A DNA stretch of 51,436 bases from positions 1 through 51,436 of the forward strand of contig NW_021834025.1 of assembly GCF_006345805.1 (NCBI RefSeq). Reading direction: 5' to 3'. A program made the translations under genes and the position numbers. This DNA is from Octopus sinensis. Its lineage: Eukaryota. Below are positions 48,416 through 51,436 of the stretch, piece by piece; the stretch's first letter is position 1; every line of letters begins with the position of its first letter. The notes under the pieces are model-generated. The model was not told where the DNA came from, searched no databases, and saw only the letters and a program-made list of their open reading frames with translations.

Positions 48416-49518
48416 TATCAAATACTATGAGATAATTTATCCAGTGCTCTTCTGGTACCCATCCACCAAGAGAGAGAGAGAGAGAGAGAGATCAGGAATG
48501 TGGACAGAAATAGATGTGCCATTGTAAAGGAGATACATGATTACCCAGCCTAAGGAACAACCAGGAGAGAGTGGGAGACAGCAAGAGTACAAGAGGGAGC
48601 AGCAGAGGGATGGTGAAAAAGTGCTGGCCATACTCACAAAGGAAAATGATCAAAATATAGATGGGATGGTTAAGTACAAGAAGAGACAGAGATGGTGGCA
48701 AGTTTCAGGGCATACCCTTGAAGTTCAAAGGTCATAATATAAGTAGCAGGACATTGCTAAAGAAGTGTGAGTAGAGAGTGGGGAAGGGGAATGCAATGAT
48801 TAGTGAAAACTTGGGTATATAGAGGGTGCTGGTGGTGAGAGGGCTACCAGATAGCTGTGAACAGGGCTGTGAGGACAGGAACAGGGAATGAGAGGTAAAC
48901 ATAGGGCATGAAAGAGATGTAGAGAAGTTTGTTGGGATTGGGTGTGTGAAAAGTTTTCTTGTGTGTGGGTGAGACAGAAAAACGCATATATTTATAAATA
49001 TGTAATAATAATTCCCATAAACCTGGTTTAATTCCCTATTGTTTATCTTTATCTTAATCTGTATTGATAATATTTTAATTCCACGAAATTTCTACCTCTT
49101 ATTTTTCTTACATTATATTATACCACGCATTTATCCCTGTATTAGTACATCCTTTAAATAGCATATTAATTCTTTGTTAGGTTTTAAATTAACTCTTTTT
49201 TTATTGTATTTTGTCTTATTTGATTTAATTTACTTATTGCTTCACCTTTATAATCTTTATATAAAATTATATTTTGCATGTAAGTTTATCTATCTAATTT
49301 AATGCATGTTATGTCTTATAACATACTCTGATTAGTTTATTTGATTTAATTTACTTAACTTATTCTTCCATACTTTATAATATTTGTATAAAATTACATT
49401 TTGTATGTCAGTTGATCTACCAAATTAAATGAATGTTATGTCATATAATATATAATTATTTATGAAAATTAAGTGCTTTTGGTAAATCTCATTACCTCCC
49501 CTTATCTGTTTAACACAG

Positions 49519-49565
<47 letters not shown>

Positions 49566-49963
49566 ATGTATATATGTATAGAAGAATGACATATTTTATT
49601 TCTGATGCATAATTAAGCTTATTTCTCCATTAGTCTTATTATTTAGTATTGTTTAGGACTAAAACATGCCAAGTTAATAGCATATTGAGCTGATTCCTGA
49701 CTCACTGCTTAAATGCATAAATAATTATCATTACCTCTGATTGCATTTTAAGATATACCCTGTTCAAATTTATTCCGGCTTAATTGTCTTTATATATTTA
49801 TATATATATATTCCCTACGTCCCAGCTATGCATGAAGGCATTTTATGTAATTCATTGTAATTTATTTTATTTTATTTTCAATTTATATATAAGTATTTAT
49901 TTTATTTTATTTTCAATTTATATATAAGTATTTATTTTCTTAATATTACCCTTACTCCCTTAA

Positions 49964-50916
49964 CCCTTTCGTTACCAAACCGCCCAAAGCCGCCCGAAAA
50001 AAATTTTGGTTTATGAGACCAAACCGCCCAAAGCCGCCCGAATTTACCTATTCATATTTAAATGAGAATATCAGAGCAAATCTCTTCAGTACATTCGTGA
50101 AAACACGTATTATACTTCATAAACAGTTCAACTACAGTCTTGTACAATAATCGAAGTGTAATTTTAATTCCGTGAATTTTGGGAGATTTTTTTCCGAAAT
50201 TTGTTCCTATTGTGTTTTCAAAATTTGTAATTCTGACAAAAAATGGATACGAATTTCATTATATCAAGCAGCGAGTCAGAATTCGAAGGATTTTCTACTG
50301 AAGACCTTGATAAATCTAACTCTATAACTGAAAAAAAAAAAGCATGTGGTATTTGATAATGAATCTGATGTTTCATTTTCCGAAAGTGAAAACAGTGAAT
50401 CTGAGATCTCCGATAGCGATAAAGAAAACAAATTGGCACCTGAATGGAGTGAAAATTTAAAAACTGTTTCTTTCGGTGATTTTTCTGAAGAAACTGGACC
50501 AAGCCACAGACTTTCCCAGAAGAGTAAAGCCTTAGACTATTTCTTTTTACTTTTTCGAATGAGCCTATTTGAAATCATTACAGCAGAAACGAACTGTTAC
50601 GCTAAACGTAAACAAAACGAAAGAAAGGATAGTTTGTGGTTTCCCACAACCTTAAATGAAATTAAGACTATTTTGCCATAAATATTATTATGAGTATCAG
50701 AAAGTTACCCAGAATAACAAATTCTATCGTAAAATTTTGTTGTATACCCAATTGGTTGAGAACATTCATTAAATTATCTTCCAAAAATCAGATTAATATA
50801 TCGATAAATAAAAAAGTTATAGTTGTTTAATGAAACCAGACTAAATTTATGATTACGTTAGAAATTAATTGAAACACATAAGGGGTGTAATTTGGTCAGA
50901 AATATAGTAACGAAAG
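49964..50916 (+). mobile_element. piggyBac-derived element (copy 3) with damaged right TIR
   Basis: TTAA at 49960-49963 plus CCCTTTCGTTAC; high identity to copy 2 including the transposase remnant (ORF 50346-50681). The right end GTAACGAAAG lacks GG and TTAA. Confidence 0.9.
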
Positions 50917-51436
50917 TTTATGTAACGAGTTTATGTAACGGAACACAGTATGCTTGAATTTTTAAATTTTAAAAAGTCTTTCCTATTTAATAGTTTATTA
51001 TTATTGTTTTTTACCTTAAAGGTTTGAAATAAATTTTCTTAAGTGATGAATGGATATAGTTTGTATTTTTGATATTTTCTCTTTCCATATTATTCTAGAT
51101 TTGCTATTTATTCATTTATTTAAACTAAATTTTATTGCATTATGATTATAAACATAAACAATAAGTTATTATTATACTTAGAAATTATTTATCCCTTTCT
51201 GATAACTTCAGTTAATACATATTTTGCCACTGTTTGCTTCTACATGACTTACATTTTATACCTTTAAGTTTTTGTATTGTAGTATTATACATAAGTATGA
51301 TATTATATGGCATTATTATATATTTATATATACATGCGTTTTTCTGCTTCCTTTTTTCCACTCCATTTTCTCCTCATTGTTAAGTAATTAATAATATGAA
51401 CCATGGTTTATATGGTTACCTTATAGTTGAACTTTC

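Overview
AT-rich (TA/CA-microsatellite-dense) eukaryotic genomic DNA. The repeat repertoire (RTE LINEs ending in GGACGTTAAAYGATGATG, tRNA-derived SINEs, Penelope-like elements) resembles an octopus/coleoid genome; this is inference from recall, not a database result. The only host gene seen is VPS54 (GARP complex) on the + strand: two internal coding exons (15505-15636 and 47162-47304) joined in frame across a 31,525-bp intron. The rest is intronic transposon material: RTE LINE copies and 3' modules, an L1/Tx1 fragment, several Penelope-like elements (one nearly full length, 30348-35083), non-autonomous Helitrons with TC/hairpin-CTAG ends, three TTAA piggyBac-derived elements, SINEs and long compound microsatellites, which explain most ORFs in the track. 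The most notable unexplained signal is a dense set of type I hammerhead-ribozyme motifs of several distinct sequence families. These include a canonical one at 18640-18693, a G3:C8 core-swapped variant at 11242-11291, and two copies inside near-perfect fold-back palindromes (2591-3165 and 13920-15102) next to (TA)n tracts. All folds were made by eye, and all protein similarities are from recall and need confirmation.
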